In this document: piece after piece, positions 17,021-35,171 of the stretch
Layout of the letters: each line of letters starts with the position of its first letter
How positions within the stretch are numbered: position 1 is the stretch's first letter
From: the human T2T-CHM13v2.0 reference genome, Homo sapiens
Strand: one strand, 5' to 3'
Assembly (NCBI RefSeq): GCF_009914755.1
Contig: NC_060942.1
Length of the DNA: 64,000 nt
Translations under genes and position numbers: made by a program
The notes under the pieces: model-generated
The model's database searches: none
What the model was told of the DNA's origin: nothing
Seen by the model: only the letters and a program-made list of their open reading frames with translations

Positions 17021-17567
17021 CTAAAAACCTCTTTTGAATAATTAATTTTAACCTCCTTCATTAATCTTTATCAGAGGTACTTTATAGGACAAAAAACAAA
17101 ACAATTTTTCTGAGTGTCCCTTTGATATCTCTGACAGTCAAGTGATAAAAGAAAAACTAATAAGAGATTTTGATAGTTTACAAATAATATTCTTGAATTA
17201 AGATAAATTTCTCTAAAAGCTGAACTCCCAAGGAACTTTCCACATTTCTTTGGTTATATTTAAAATTCTTCAAAATGAAGCACAACTTGAAATAGGCAGG
17301 TTATTTTGGCCTAACATCATAGTTACAAATAAGTAAGTCGAAACAGCTTAATATTAATAGTGTTTAGCCTATAGTGCTTTCTTCCTCCTCACATTACATT
17401 CTCATAAAAAGTACTTACAGATCCAATACACTGATAACCTCATGCAAAATTTGTAATTAATACAAATAAAGATTATACGCATGTTAATTAAATGCCAATC
17501 TTTACACTAAAGCTCTGCCTAAGTCCTAAACTACTAAAAATGATTTGAAGGATTACATTCAAGTTAC

Positions 17568-17755
17568 CTTAGGCATTCAATCATGCGAGAAGCAATTTTC
17601 TTCCGACGCATCATGCTGAATACCCATATTCGACTGATCCCGCAGATTGCAGGCTCTGGTAATGTTGAGCAGCACCAGGCTTTTTGCCTTTCAAATCTGA
17701 CTTTTTCTTCTTCTGACCTGATAACTGGAAGTTTCTCTTCTATAACTCTGTAGCC
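17568..17755 (-). CDS. ESCO1: ESCO1 acetyltransferase exon ([10 protein letters not shown]...[28 protein letters not shown])
   Basis: tgtag acceptor, AG|gtaact donor; GNAT acetyl-CoA-binding region GISRIWV..RRKKIAS. Confidence 0.97.
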
Positions 17756-18411
17756 CTACAGGTGTCAAAAATGGGGAAAAAATTTAAGTGAGATTATTAA
17801 TTAGCAACTAATACTGATCTGGTTGAGGCGGTTATGACATTTGACTGGCTTAACAAACTATGGGGCCACTTATGCTTTCACTCTCATTTTTAGGAAACAG
17901 ACAATCTGGATCTGCATTCTGTTCCAGTTCACTTACTAGTTGTATGACCATGAAAGTAAGTTACAATTTCTCTAACCTTTGGGTTCCTCACTGGCGATAT
18001 CCATCATCTCTCATTTTGAGAGATTAAACCAAGTAATATATGCAAAGTACCTTGCCATCATGAGGAGCCCCCCCAATAGGAACTGAACATTAGTTCTCTC
18101 TACCTCCCGCACTCCAAGAACCAGCAAAAGTACATGTTAAGAACACAGCAGTAACTGTTTCTGTGATTGCTGTCACAGTTCTAGATTTCACAGTTGTACA
18201 AGAACTGAGACTAGGGATAGCAGAGAAATCAATAATTTAAAAAGCCATTTCATCACACTGCAATCTCTTTAAAAAAAAAATACCTTAAAAAACATATATC
18301 TCTTTTATGGTGGCTGGCTTTATGGGAAAAAAATAAAAAATAAAAAATATCTCTGCCAGTCTAGCTGCCAAAAAATAACACAATTGGTTGTTTTTTTTGT
18401 TTTTTCTTTGA

Positions 18412-18522
<111 letters not shown>

Positions 18523-19288
18523 TGAGATTACAGGCACGCACCGCCATGCCCGACTAAGTTTTGTATTTTTAGTAGAGATGGGGTTTCAACATGTTGGCCA
18601 GGCTGGTCTTGAACTCCTGGATTACAGGCATGAGCCACCGTGCCCAGCCATGACTAGCCTTCTGATGGGACAAGATATAAAACTTAAAAGTAAACAGACA
18701 ACACAGTTAAGAGTCAGCAAAAACAACCCTAACAAACATTACATAGTTATCCTTCTAGTCTAAACACCGCTATAAGTCATTTATGGATCTAGGTGGAATA
18801 GAACCTTAAAAACACAATAGTTCGCACTATGTAAAATTAATTCAATTTCAGTATGGCAAACTTCTATGAATTAGTCAATTTATATCAAATTAATTTCCCC
18901 AAACTACCCTATCAGTTACTTATTTAAATCAATTTTGTTATTATAGCAAGGTTCATAAGCACTATATAATAATTTCAGGCTGAATATTTATTTACTCATT
19001 TATTATTTTTTCTTAAGAGACAAGAGTCTGGCTATGCTGCCCATGCTGGAGTGCAGTGGCTATTCACAGACACAAACATAGCACCCTACAACCTCAAACT
19101 CCTGGGTTCAAGCAGTCCTCCGATCTAAGCCTCCCAAGTAGCTGGCACTACAGGTGCCACCACACCCAGCTGAATTTTTTAAACACGTAGCTTAACATAT
19201 ATAGAGAAACTCCTGCAAACTTGCTTTGACTTTTCACTTTTTTAGAAAATTTTATGATCAAGCATACATCTGTGCAAGCAGCTATTAA

Positions 19289-19432
19289 CCCACTTATGCC
19301 TAGTGTTCCATTACTGGAACACTAAGCATGTGGGAGTTATTTATATCCTACTGCTCAAGGTCATCGCCAAGGTCTTATTTTTCACTCATGCAAAAAAATC
19401 AAAAAATTGTTGCAACCTTTGGCATAAATGAG
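19289..19432. mobile_element. MER85 piggyBac-derived MITE
   Basis: TTAA on both sides (19285-19288, 19433-19436); TIRs CCCACTTATGCC / GGCATAAATGAG; internal palindrome GTTCCA-TTAC-TGGAAC; ~140 bp; matches the remembered MER85 consensus. Confidence 0.9.
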
Positions 19433-19708
19433 TTAATATGCTAAAAGACACCATCTGAACAGTAGTCACACACAATGTACACTGAGTTCATGAGCAAGCA
19501 CTTAGCTGGAAAAAGATAGAATTCAGGTCTGCCTCAAAGTGAGCATTATTAGGGAGTCCAGAAGCTTCTGTTCTCTTAGAATGGTCTCGGCAGTTTCTAG
19601 TAACACTCATAATGTAAACATACATGATTCCATTGTTTGTTTTTTGTACAAGTTGGCTCCTAAACACAAGATAACTACTCATTCAGAGTTCAACAAAGGA
19701 AGTGGTGA

Positions 19709-19999
<291 letters not shown>

Positions 20000-20029
20000 T
20001 GAGCCACTATGCCTGGTGGTGTGGGCCTT

Positions 20030-20220
20030 TTATAAAGGTACAGATAGCAAATATTTTAGGCACTGCAGTCCACCTGGTCTCTGTTGCAACTATTCAACTC
20101 TGCCTTTGTAGTACAAAAGTAGCCATAAATATGTAAGCCAAATGGGTGTTGGTGGGCGACAATAAAATTTTATTTACAAAAACAAGCTGGATTTTGCCCA
20201 CTCTAGTTCGCCTAGCCTTG
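20030..20220. mobile_element. MER58A-like hAT MITE
   Basis: cagatagcaaatattttagg...gcaactattcaactctgcc...aataaaattttatttacaaaaaca. Confidence 0.7.
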
Positions 20221-20312
20221 ACTTACTCCAGTGCTAGAGGGACTAATTGAGAAAGACATTACATTGGTATCCAACATGGAAACTTCCAAAATAAACTTTG
20301 ATAGTATTCTGA

Positions 20313-20682
<370 letters not shown>

Positions 20683-21136
20683 TAGCCAGGATGGTCTCGA
20701 ACTCCTGACCTTGTGATCCTCCCACTTCGGCCTCCCAAAGTGCTGGGATTACAGGCGTGAGCCACCACACTCAGCTAATTTTTGTATTTTCAGTAGAGAA
20801 CAGGTTTTCACAATGTTGGCAAGGCTGGTCTCAAACTCCTGACTTCATGATCCACCCACCTTGGCCTCCCAAAGTGCTGGGATTATAGGCGTGAGCCAGT
20901 GTGCCCAGCCTGATGGTATTCTGATTCTACAGAATTTTTATCTTACTGACTTGAGAAACTAATTCCCATGCATAACCATTATTCCACTATGGTGAAGACT
21001 CACACATGGGAATTCTTGCATTAAAACTGTTCTTTACATGAAATGGAGACAAATTTATCAGGATTTATGTTATTTGGGATTACGTTGTAAACTCATTAAA
21101 CACCAAATTACTTAAGAACACTCTTTTATCACTTAC

Positions 21137-21280
21137 CCATTGGATATGTTCCGCAATTAGGCAGCCAACTACTTTTTTGTCATTGGAAATGAAGAGAAGT
21201 GTTTTAGTTCTGGAATAGCACATTAGTGGAGCCTGTTGAAAACCTAAATCATTGTCAACCATCTCTCTAATCTCGTCAAC
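21137..21280 (-). CDS. ESCO1: ESCO1 coding exon (VDEIREMVDNDLGF...KKVVGCLIAEHIQW)
   Basis: ggcag acceptor, TGG|gtaagt donor; 144 nt; Eco1-family VDNDLG and VVGCLIAE motifs. Confidence 0.97.
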
Positions 21281-21523
21281 CTGCCAAATAAAGAACAGTA
21301 ATTATTTTTAAATGAAAATATTATATACATGTAAAAACACACTATTTCAGTTCAGTAGATCAACTTTATTCCAAGCAGGGCATCCTCTAAAGAGTTCTTT
21401 TGGGCTGGGTGTGGTGGTTCACACCTGTAATCCTACCACTTTAGGAGGCCAAGGCGGGTGGATTGCCTGAGCTCAGGAGTTCACGACCAGCCTGGGCAAC
21501 ATGGTGAAACCCTGTCTCTACTA

Positions 21524-21805
<282 letters not shown>

Positions 21806-22952
21806 CTAGAGAACAAGAGGGATGGGGTGAGAGCTCCTACAATAGATTATTAGGAACATTAAGACTTCCTATTAGAAGCATCTAATCTGTGAATTGAAGA
21901 GAACTTCACTGCAATCTTAGCCAGGCAAGCCACTCTTCTTCCCAACCCTTAATTAGTACTCTCATCGGTAAAACAAAAGTGAGTATAGAGAAAAGGAACT
22001 CATGTTTACTTCCTATCAACCACTTATAGGCCAGACATTATTCAAAGCACTTTACAAATATTTCACTTAAATCCCACATTTCTTGGAGGTTTATGGTTCT
22101 TCACTTTACATATGGAAGAAATAATACTCAAAAGTTAAAGAACTTTCCCATGTCAGATATTAGACATCTAGAAAATCAAGCAGCAGAGTCACATGTGAAC
22201 CCAAAATGTTACTATGGCATCAAACCATGCTTCTTGCAGTTTAGCTCCTAACTGACCAAAGTCAAACATGGTAAGCTCAAACTGTTTGCAGGCAACCAAA
22301 ATTAAGACCTCTGTAGGTACTCAACCATTAGTTCCTTCCCCAGTTAAAAGATACTGCCAACAAAAGCCAGAGAGCAGTGGCTGATGCCTATAATCCCAGC
22401 ACTTTGGGAGGCTGAGGCTAGAGGAGTTCAAGGCCAGCCTGGGCAACACAGCAGAACCCATCTTTACAAAATTGTTTTATTAGCCAGATGTGGTGGCACT
22501 TGCCAGTAGTCCCAGCTACTCAGGAGACTGGGGCAGGAGGGTCACTTGGGCTCAGGAGTTTGAGGTTACAGTGAGCTATGATCACACCACTGCACTCCAG
22601 CCTGGGTGACAGAGTGGAATTCTCTTAAAAAACAAAACAAAACAAAAAACTAAAAATAGAGTCCAATAACACTCATTTATGTTATTAAGTCCTCCTAATC
22701 CTGACACAGCATCCTACAACTCCTAATTCCTAAAGACAAGTGATTCACAATTCCCTAGATTTTAATTTTTAACCTATTATGGGTTACTAAGATTTTGTTC
22801 CGATAAACTAAAATGAGGAAATTAGCATCTACTGAGGGTTCCTTCTAAGAAAAGTCTGGTTGCCATATATGGTAGTGTAGCAAAAGTTCCCATGTGCATT
22901 TCCAAATGTGAATAGCTGGAATTCCAAAAATTCATTAATTTAATTTTCATTT

Positions 22953-23473
<521 letters not shown>

Positions 23474-24682
23474 TGGTTAATCACTGATCCAACATTAATT
23501 CAACAAGAATTTACTATTGTGCAAGAATCAATGTTTCAAATACAAGACAGGTTGGGCATGTTTACATGTCACTGTAAATACTGTTGTCTATTCTGTTAGG
23601 CAGCAGTAATATGAAAGCTTATTTGGGTATCTAAGATTGTCCATTCGGATAAACAGAGTATCTAAAGTTAAGAATCAGAAAATAAACTTACATATTTTAA
23701 ATAGATTATTAGCTAAACTTTCAAATAACAGGCGCAAAGTATTTTCCTTCAACCAACTTTTCAGGTGAAGTATTCTTAAGTTTAAAGAAGTCCAATTGTT
23801 AACCTAAAAAAAAGTATAATAAACTGTTTTCCTCCTGTTTCCAGACATTTGGGACACACTCTAGTATAATTACTAAAGTGTTTCAGATAAACTTAACTGA
23901 ACCCATTGCTAACATTATGAGGTATTTCTTCTGAAAAAGCATCCAGAGGTTGAAGAAAAACATACTGAGTATATTATTTGAAAGTGTAATGAACATATTA
24001 AACTTATTTAAAAATAAGTTTACCTTTTGGTTCCTGATTTTTAAAATAACCTATATAATAAAATGGTTCCAGGATTCATTATCTGGTTCACTTCTCAACA
24101 CAATAAACTCTCTGAACACTTGAAGTATGGAACTCTAAGTTAGACTAACACCTGCCTCACACTAGATAAAATAAACTTTTATGTTTCCGCATTATATTTA
24201 TAAACTGGAATATATCCTTATATCTTAAAAATATTATAAGATTAAGTCATGTTTAATTTCAGGTTTACTATGACCTACTTAGCAATCCCCTTCTGCAATA
24301 AGCTTTTATTTAGAAATTTTCCCTTAGAATGAAACTTTACATTTTATTAATTATCCAAATTATTATAATTCAGCTTTTATTTCTGATCGTGAAATCTTTT
24401 AGTTGGCATTATTCACTTAACAGAAGATAAGCATATCTACTTTGGCACTCAAATTATTAACTACTACTAATACAGGACAATTTAGTAATAATACTGGACA
24501 GTACTCAGTTCATTTAGAATTCATATACTGGACACACTACAAAGTTTAACATAATTTTTGAATTGGGTTATACCCTTTAAACGCTTATTTCTTGTTTTCA
24601 GAATAGGTGTTTCAATATACTATGCCAGCAATCTGTTATCCTCTTAAAATTAACTGCGAAATGGGCCAGGCGCAGTGGTTCA

Positions 24683-25009
<327 letters not shown>

Positions 25010-25013
25010 TTAC

Positions 25014-25103
25014 CTTTTTCAGGGCATACTTTGGGTCTTCAGGAAGAACCATTATTATCCTGCCATCAGGGTATTCAGCCAGAATTCTTTCTTTCTTCCA
25101 GCC
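25014..25103 (-). CDS. ESCO1: ESCO1 coding exon ([30 protein letters not shown])
   Basis: tctag acceptor, AAG|gtaaat donor; 90 nt; Eco1-family GWKKER motif. Confidence 0.96.
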
Positions 25104-25668
25104 CTAGATATATATATATATATACACACATATGTAAAGTATGAATTTTATGTATATTCTATTCATTATATCCACGTACAAGATAAAAAGTACATCAATT
25201 TGTCTAAAAATTGCAAACATGAAAAATATATGCTCATTAATGCTTAATAAAGCATGATAAATCGGCTATTTTGTTAAGCATACAATAGGTACAAGGCAAG
25301 CTAATTTCTCTCTACTACTCATTCAGAGATATATCTAATACCACAAGAGTATTTCTAATTTATCATTTCCCGTTTTAAATTAATTTTGAAAGCCACACAC
25401 CAAAAGCAAGCCCCTTAAAGTCAGTAATTCCCAGAAACTATAACTCTCCCAGATTCTTGATAAAAGAATTAAACTCTTATATTTCATTGGAACATGGTTA
25501 CCTCCACAAACAAACACTCCAAGTTTTATGTCTGGCATGCCAAAGACCTCCAGGAGGTTTTAAATGAACTGATTTGCATGCAGTAGCCCAGTATGAAAGG
25601 AATAGTCTTATGCTTATTGATCACAACTACCAAAGCCACAAGAAGGAGACTATAAAAAATATAACTAC

Positions 25669-25792
25669 CTTCTAAGAATCTAATAGGGAAGGAGAAGCTA
25701 CGTTGTGTGTATCTGAAGTTAAACATACTCAAAAAAAGAGAGGTAATAAACTCTTCTTCAGATCCACACTCGTGGTGATTAATGAGCAGAAC
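25669..25792 (-). other. ESCO1: Candidate ESCO1 alternative (poison) cassette exon, 124 nt
   Basis: Long T-rich tract + gcag acceptor, AAG|gtagtt donor; open in the upstream frame for 41 codons, then frameshifts the next exon to TGA. Confidence 0.7.
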
Positions 25793-26429
25793 CTGCATAA
25801 AAAAACAAAACAAAACAAAAGCCACTTAAATCTAGTAAGATGGGACTGAACCAGAGGTTAAAACTAGGAGCTTTGAAGTTCAAAATAAGTACAGAAGGAA
25901 TGAGCTTAACTAGTTGTTCCAGTTGTCTTAACCCAACCAACTTTACATAAAAAGGCCTTTCCAGAAGCCATTTATACTTCTAGTAGAGAAAACCACCATA
26001 TTTTTTCTGATGTTTCTTCTAAGAACACAAAAAGCTCAATGAAACCAAGAAAATGGCAACTAGATTTCTTTAAAAATATACTATGGCAAGTGTGAAAGCA
26101 GATTCGTTTTCTTAAACCATCAGGAATTTTTTGGAGGGGGAAGGTAGAAAGATCATAGTTGGGAACAAAAATTCTAGGTAATAAGCTTGGTATATGTAAC
26201 AATTTAAATTAAAATATTTAAAATCCAAAATTTGTTTACATAATAGAGTACCCAAGTTAAAATTCAGATGATTAAAATTATGATTGGTAAAATGTTCTCA
26301 AGATTTGAAAAGAAAGGAGCAGAAACAATAGCCACAGAAGTCCTTTTTTCATCTAAGAAACTAAATCTGTAGTTCTTCAACGTAAATAAGGTTTTAAAAA
26401 AGAAACTTAAGGCCGGGTGCAGTGGCTCA

Positions 26430-26795
<366 letters not shown>

Positions 26796-28187
26796 CTATT
26801 ACTAATGTTACTTTATGAAAAAGCTTTTAAATTTATGAACCTATTTTTAATAAAATGAAAAGAGATTTTCACTTTAAAACATCGAAAAGACCTAAAAATG
26901 TAAGTAACCTCAAGTTATAAGAAAACCATTCTTCCTGAACTGAATCATCTAAAGACAGTTCCATAAACTATTTTCCTATTAAATGCCTTTGAAAACAGTA
27001 ATACTGGTTTCATGTCATTATATTGCATTATAGACATTAGACAAATTATTTTGCTTTACTAATTTTTGAGTGCAAAACTTTCTCTTGAAACAACTTCAGA
27101 CTTGTATGTTCATGCCGAAATTTTTATCACAATTCCATTTGATATAATTTTATGTTTTAAATAGTACCTTTTTTTCATGTACTAAATAAAAGCCCTTTAA
27201 GAAGCAAAGGCTGCAAAAGGATACTTAGTATTGCTTAGATTTCTAATGTTCATGAAAACAGCAAGTTTTATTTATTAATGTAATTTACTTATTTGAGACA
27301 GAGTCTCACTCTGTCACCCAGGCTGGAGTGCAGTGGCAAGATCACAGCTCACAGCAGCTTCAAACTCCTGGGGCTCAAGCAATCCTCTTGCTTCAGCCTC
27401 CCAAGTAGCTGGGACTACAGGCGTGCACCACCATGCCAAGCTAAGAAAGCATATTTCAGTGAAAACTTTTAAGTAACTCTAGAGTAAAAGTTCAGGGTTT
27501 AGATCCTTGTTCTTGGTAGTTACTAGATGCATGGCCTTAGGCAAATCACTGGAACTCTGATTCTGTTTCCTGATCTTAGCATTCTAAAAAATGGCTATCA
27601 TCACCTCCATCACTTGGGTAGGTACGAGGGTGCTGTATTTAAGATGACTGCTCAAAGAGTAGCCACTAAGTAACTCTTAGCAACTTCCATTCTCCCTTCT
27701 TACTAGTATCAAACTAAGATCAATGCACTAATCTAACAAAACAGTCAATCAATAAATGTTCCCAAGGTTAAATACAGCAATAAATTCAAATCATAGGCAA
27801 ATAAAAGATGAAAGAAACAAGTTAGCTAATATTTGTTCAAATAACATACTCAAGACATATCTATGCCTCAACTACAGTTAACTGCTAGTCACAATAACCA
27901 CATGACCCTCCTTACTTCAGAGAAACTTAGAGGCGATAAAGTCCATCCAATGCTTAAAATTAAGGCAGAGGAGAAGCAGGGTTCAGGAAAGAGTGCATGC
28001 AATTTAGAAGAATAATCAAATAGCCACAACGTTTTTGCAAAGAAATAAATTCCAATGCAGTGCACTTAAACTTCTGACCTTTAGCTCCAACATATTTCAG
28101 GACTAGTATGTTACACATAACCCTCTGCTAACAAGTAGTATTTTCCAAAACCCATTTTTTCTTACTTCATCCATTTCTGCTTCATGA

Positions 28188-30190
<2,003 letters not shown>

Positions 30191-30712
30191 TCTTTTTCTT
30201 TTTTTGGTTCAGATGGGGTCTCACTATGTTGCCAAGGCTGGTCTCAAAGTGCTGGGCTCAAGCCATCCTCCCACCTCAGCCTCCTTAAGAATTGGGATTA
30301 CAGATGTGAGACACCATGTCTAGCCTGTGTACTTTCTTTACATGTTATAAGTCAGTAAAAATTTTACTTAAAAACAATTACTGGACAGGTGCGGTGGCTC
30401 ATGCCTGTAATCCCAGCACTTTGGGAGGCCAAGGTGGGAAGATCGCCTGAGGTCAGGAGTTCGAGATCAAACTGGCCAACATGGCAAACCCCGTCTCTAC
30501 TAAAAATACAAAAATTAGCCAGGCTTGGTGGCGGGCACCTGTAATCCCAGCTACTCAGGAGGCTGAGGCAGGAGAATCCCCTGAACCTGGGAGGCAGAGG
30601 CTGCAGCGAGCCGAGATCACACCATTGCACTCCAGCCCGGTTAACAGAGCAAGACACCGTCTCAAAAAAAAAAAAAAAATTTACTAAAGGAATTAGAAAA
30701 ATAGGCATTTCA

Positions 30713-30871
<159 letters not shown>

Positions 30872-33006
30872 TTAGCTGAGCATGTGGCGCACGCCTGTAA
30901 TCCCAGCTACTCGGGGGGGCTGAGGCAGGAGGATCACCTGAACCCAGGAGGCGGAGGCTGCAGTGAGCAGAGATCATGTCACTGCACTCCAGCCTGGGTG
31001 ACAAGAGCGAAACTCCATCTCAAAAACAAAAAAAACCCAATACTGGTAAAGATGTGTGTCTAATCCATATGGCCATATTGAACTTCAAAGTGTTTAAAAG
31101 TCTTAGATATTACTACTAGTTTGAAAGTGACATACACATGGAAAAATTCTCTCAATTCAGTAAATTTGTACTGACTACCTACCATGTATACAAACCATTA
31201 CCTTGGCAGTATAGCATAGTGGTAAGGAGGATTTCAAAAATCAGAAAAACCTAAAATTCGAATGCAAACTCTGCTACTCACTAGCTGCCCTGCTTTGGGC
31301 AAATTACTTAACCTCTCTAAAACTTGGTTTCCTCACCTATAAAACAGATACAAAAACAGGCCTGGTGCAGTGGCTCACACCTATAATCCATACTTTGAGA
31401 GGTAGAGGAAGGAGGATCACTTGAGCCCAGGAGTTCTAGACCAGCCTGTTAGAGCAGCATGGTGAAACCCTGCCTCCACCAAAAACAAATAAAAACAAAA
31501 AAAACAACAGAAAACGACTGAGAAGCTAAATGAGAAAACACTATAAAATGTTGACCATAGGGCCTAGCACAATAATATGTACTCAATAAATAACAGTTCC
31601 GATTATTACAGCAACTAAGCATTTTAATTGTTTTAGTAGGTTTTGGTTTTTGTTTTGAGACAGGGTCTCACTCTGTTGCCCTGGCTGGAGTGCCGTGGTG
31701 CAATCATGGCTCACTGCAGCCTCAGCCTCCTAGGCTCAAGCAACTCTCCCAACTCAGCCTCCCGAGTAGATGGGACCACAGGCATGCAGCCCAACACCCA
31801 GGTGATTTTTCTATTTTTTGTAGAGACAGGGTTTTGCCATGTTCCCCAGGCTGGTCTCAAACTCCTGAGCTCAAGTGATCCTCCCGCCCTGGCCTCCCAA
31901 AGTGCTGGGATTAAAGGTGTGAGCCACCGTGCCTGGCTGGTTTAGGTTTTTAAACCTTCAATGCCTTCCTGCCTTACAAGGTCATTCATGATCCGGTCCC
32001 CCATTTACCTCTTTCAGCCTTATCTCTTGCAGCTTTTCCAATACAACACAGTCACAAGTCATAATGGAATACTTTTATTTGCCTGGCCTTTCACATACTG
32101 CTCTCTTGGCCTGATATGCCTTTGCTCTATACCCTTCTGAGCTCAAGGGACTCCTACTTATCCTTTCTGAATTTATTAAGTGCTAACCCGACTTTTCCAA
32201 TCTTTGTCATATGTCCTTGCTCTATGCTCTATATAATACCCTGTATATCCTAAAATACTACTGTAGCATTTTCCACACTATTTAAATGTTTATCCATCGT
32301 CCCTCGCACTGATCTGTGAACTTACATAAAAGATCTTTATAATAATTTTTAAAAACAAGGTCGACAGTTAATAAATGTTTAAGAAATAAATAAGCCTACG
32401 AAAAAATTATCACATAAGAGATTACTGTCATTGCTTACAGATTTGAAAAAAAAAAAAAACTAAAGAGAAAAAGAGTTAATTTGCTAGGGTCATACAACTA
32501 GAAAGTGGCTCATTAGGAAACCACATCTCTATAGTTAAGCTCACTTTCTTTTCTACTATGCCACACTGACCTCAAGAATCTTATAAATCTAATAGGAGAA
32601 ACATATAGTATACAAATGTCTTTAATACAAGGTGCAATAAAGTATATGCTTGAAAGGAAATTTTCCTTGATTCTAAAATAAGCTTTATTTATTATACTTC
32701 AATGTTTCTGAATCCAAAATCAGTCTACCAATATGTATATTTAATATATTTCTTAATTCTCAAAAAAACAGCTATCAAACTGAAGCAGGAACCTACAAGA
32801 AAAGGCAAAATAATATAAGCAAAGTGTTAAAATAGTTTTAGGAAGATAGAGAAAATGCTTATTGGGATAAGAGAGGAATAAAAGAAAAATATTCATAGAA
32901 AAGAGTATTTCCGGCCAGGCGCAGTGGCTCACACCTGTAATCCCAGCACTTTGGGAGGCTGAGGTGGGCAGATCACGAGGTCAGGAGATCGAGACCATCC
33001 TGGCTA

Positions 33007-33216
<210 letters not shown>

Positions 33217-34464
33217 TTATTTCCCTGGGCTTGAAAGGCACAGATAAAAATGGGATGGCATTCTTGGTGGTGGGAATGCTATGAACTAAAAAATATAGGA
33301 AGGCCAGGTACAGTGATTCACACCTGTAATCTCAACACTTTGGGAGGCCAAGGCAGGACAATTGCTTGAGCCCAGGAGTTTGAGACCAGCCTGGGCTACA
33401 CAGTAGGACCCTGTCTCTACAAAAAAAATAGAAAAATTAGCTGAGTGTGATGGCACATGCCTGTAGTCTCAGCTACTCAGCAGGCTGAGGCAAGAGGATC
33501 GCTTGAGCCTGAGAGGTTGAGGCTGCAATGAGCCATGATTGCGCCACTGCACTCCAGCCTGGGCAACAAAGTTAAGACCCTGTCTCAAAAAAAGCAAAAA
33601 TAAAAAGGCCAGGGGGGTGGTGGATCATGCCTGTAATCCCAGCACTTTGGGAGGCCGAGGTGAGAGGGCTGCTTGAGGCTGGAGTTTCAAGATCAGCAGG
33701 CCAACATAGCAATATCCATCTCAAAAAAAATTTTTAAATTTAAAAATTGGCCAGGCATGGTAGCTCACCCCTGTAATCCCAGCACTTTGGGAGGCCAAGG
33801 CAGGCAGGTTGCTTAAGCCCAGAAGTTTGAGACAAGCCTGGGCAACAAAGCAAGATCTTATCTCTACAAAAAGTAAAATAATCAGCTGGGCATGGTGACA
33901 CATGCTTGTAGTCCCAGCTACTTGGGAGACTCAGGCAGGAGGATCCCCTGAGCCCAGGAGTTCAAGGCAACAGTGAGCTCATCGCACCACCGCACTTCAG
34001 CCTGGCCAATAGAGCAAGACCCTGTCTCTTAAAAAAAAAAAAAAGAGGCAAGAAATATAAATCTATTCCCTCCTTATTAACAGCTACAGAGTTTTCTGAA
34101 GTATCAATGTGTCTGGGTCTTTTAACCATTAGCTCCAGTATTTTGATCTCAAAAACTGCATTTCCATAAGATAGGGTCCTAGAAGTAGAATCATTTGATA
34201 CAACTTGCTTGTAAAGGCTGTTTCTTAATATAAAACCCTGCTCTAATTTTTGAGACCCTGTCTCTAAAAAGAAAACAAACCCCAAAATGCCATTTGAGTA
34301 TCCATCTCACCCAACATTCCTGCTTTGAACCTGAATATGGTATCTGGACTACAGAAATCTACTTTAGGACCATGATGTTACAACTGTGAAGCACAAGAGT
34401 CAACACACTAAGGACAGCAGAGTGCTGAATGAGAAATGGCCAGCATTCATGATGACACTATTGA

Positions 34465-35171
<707 letters not shown>

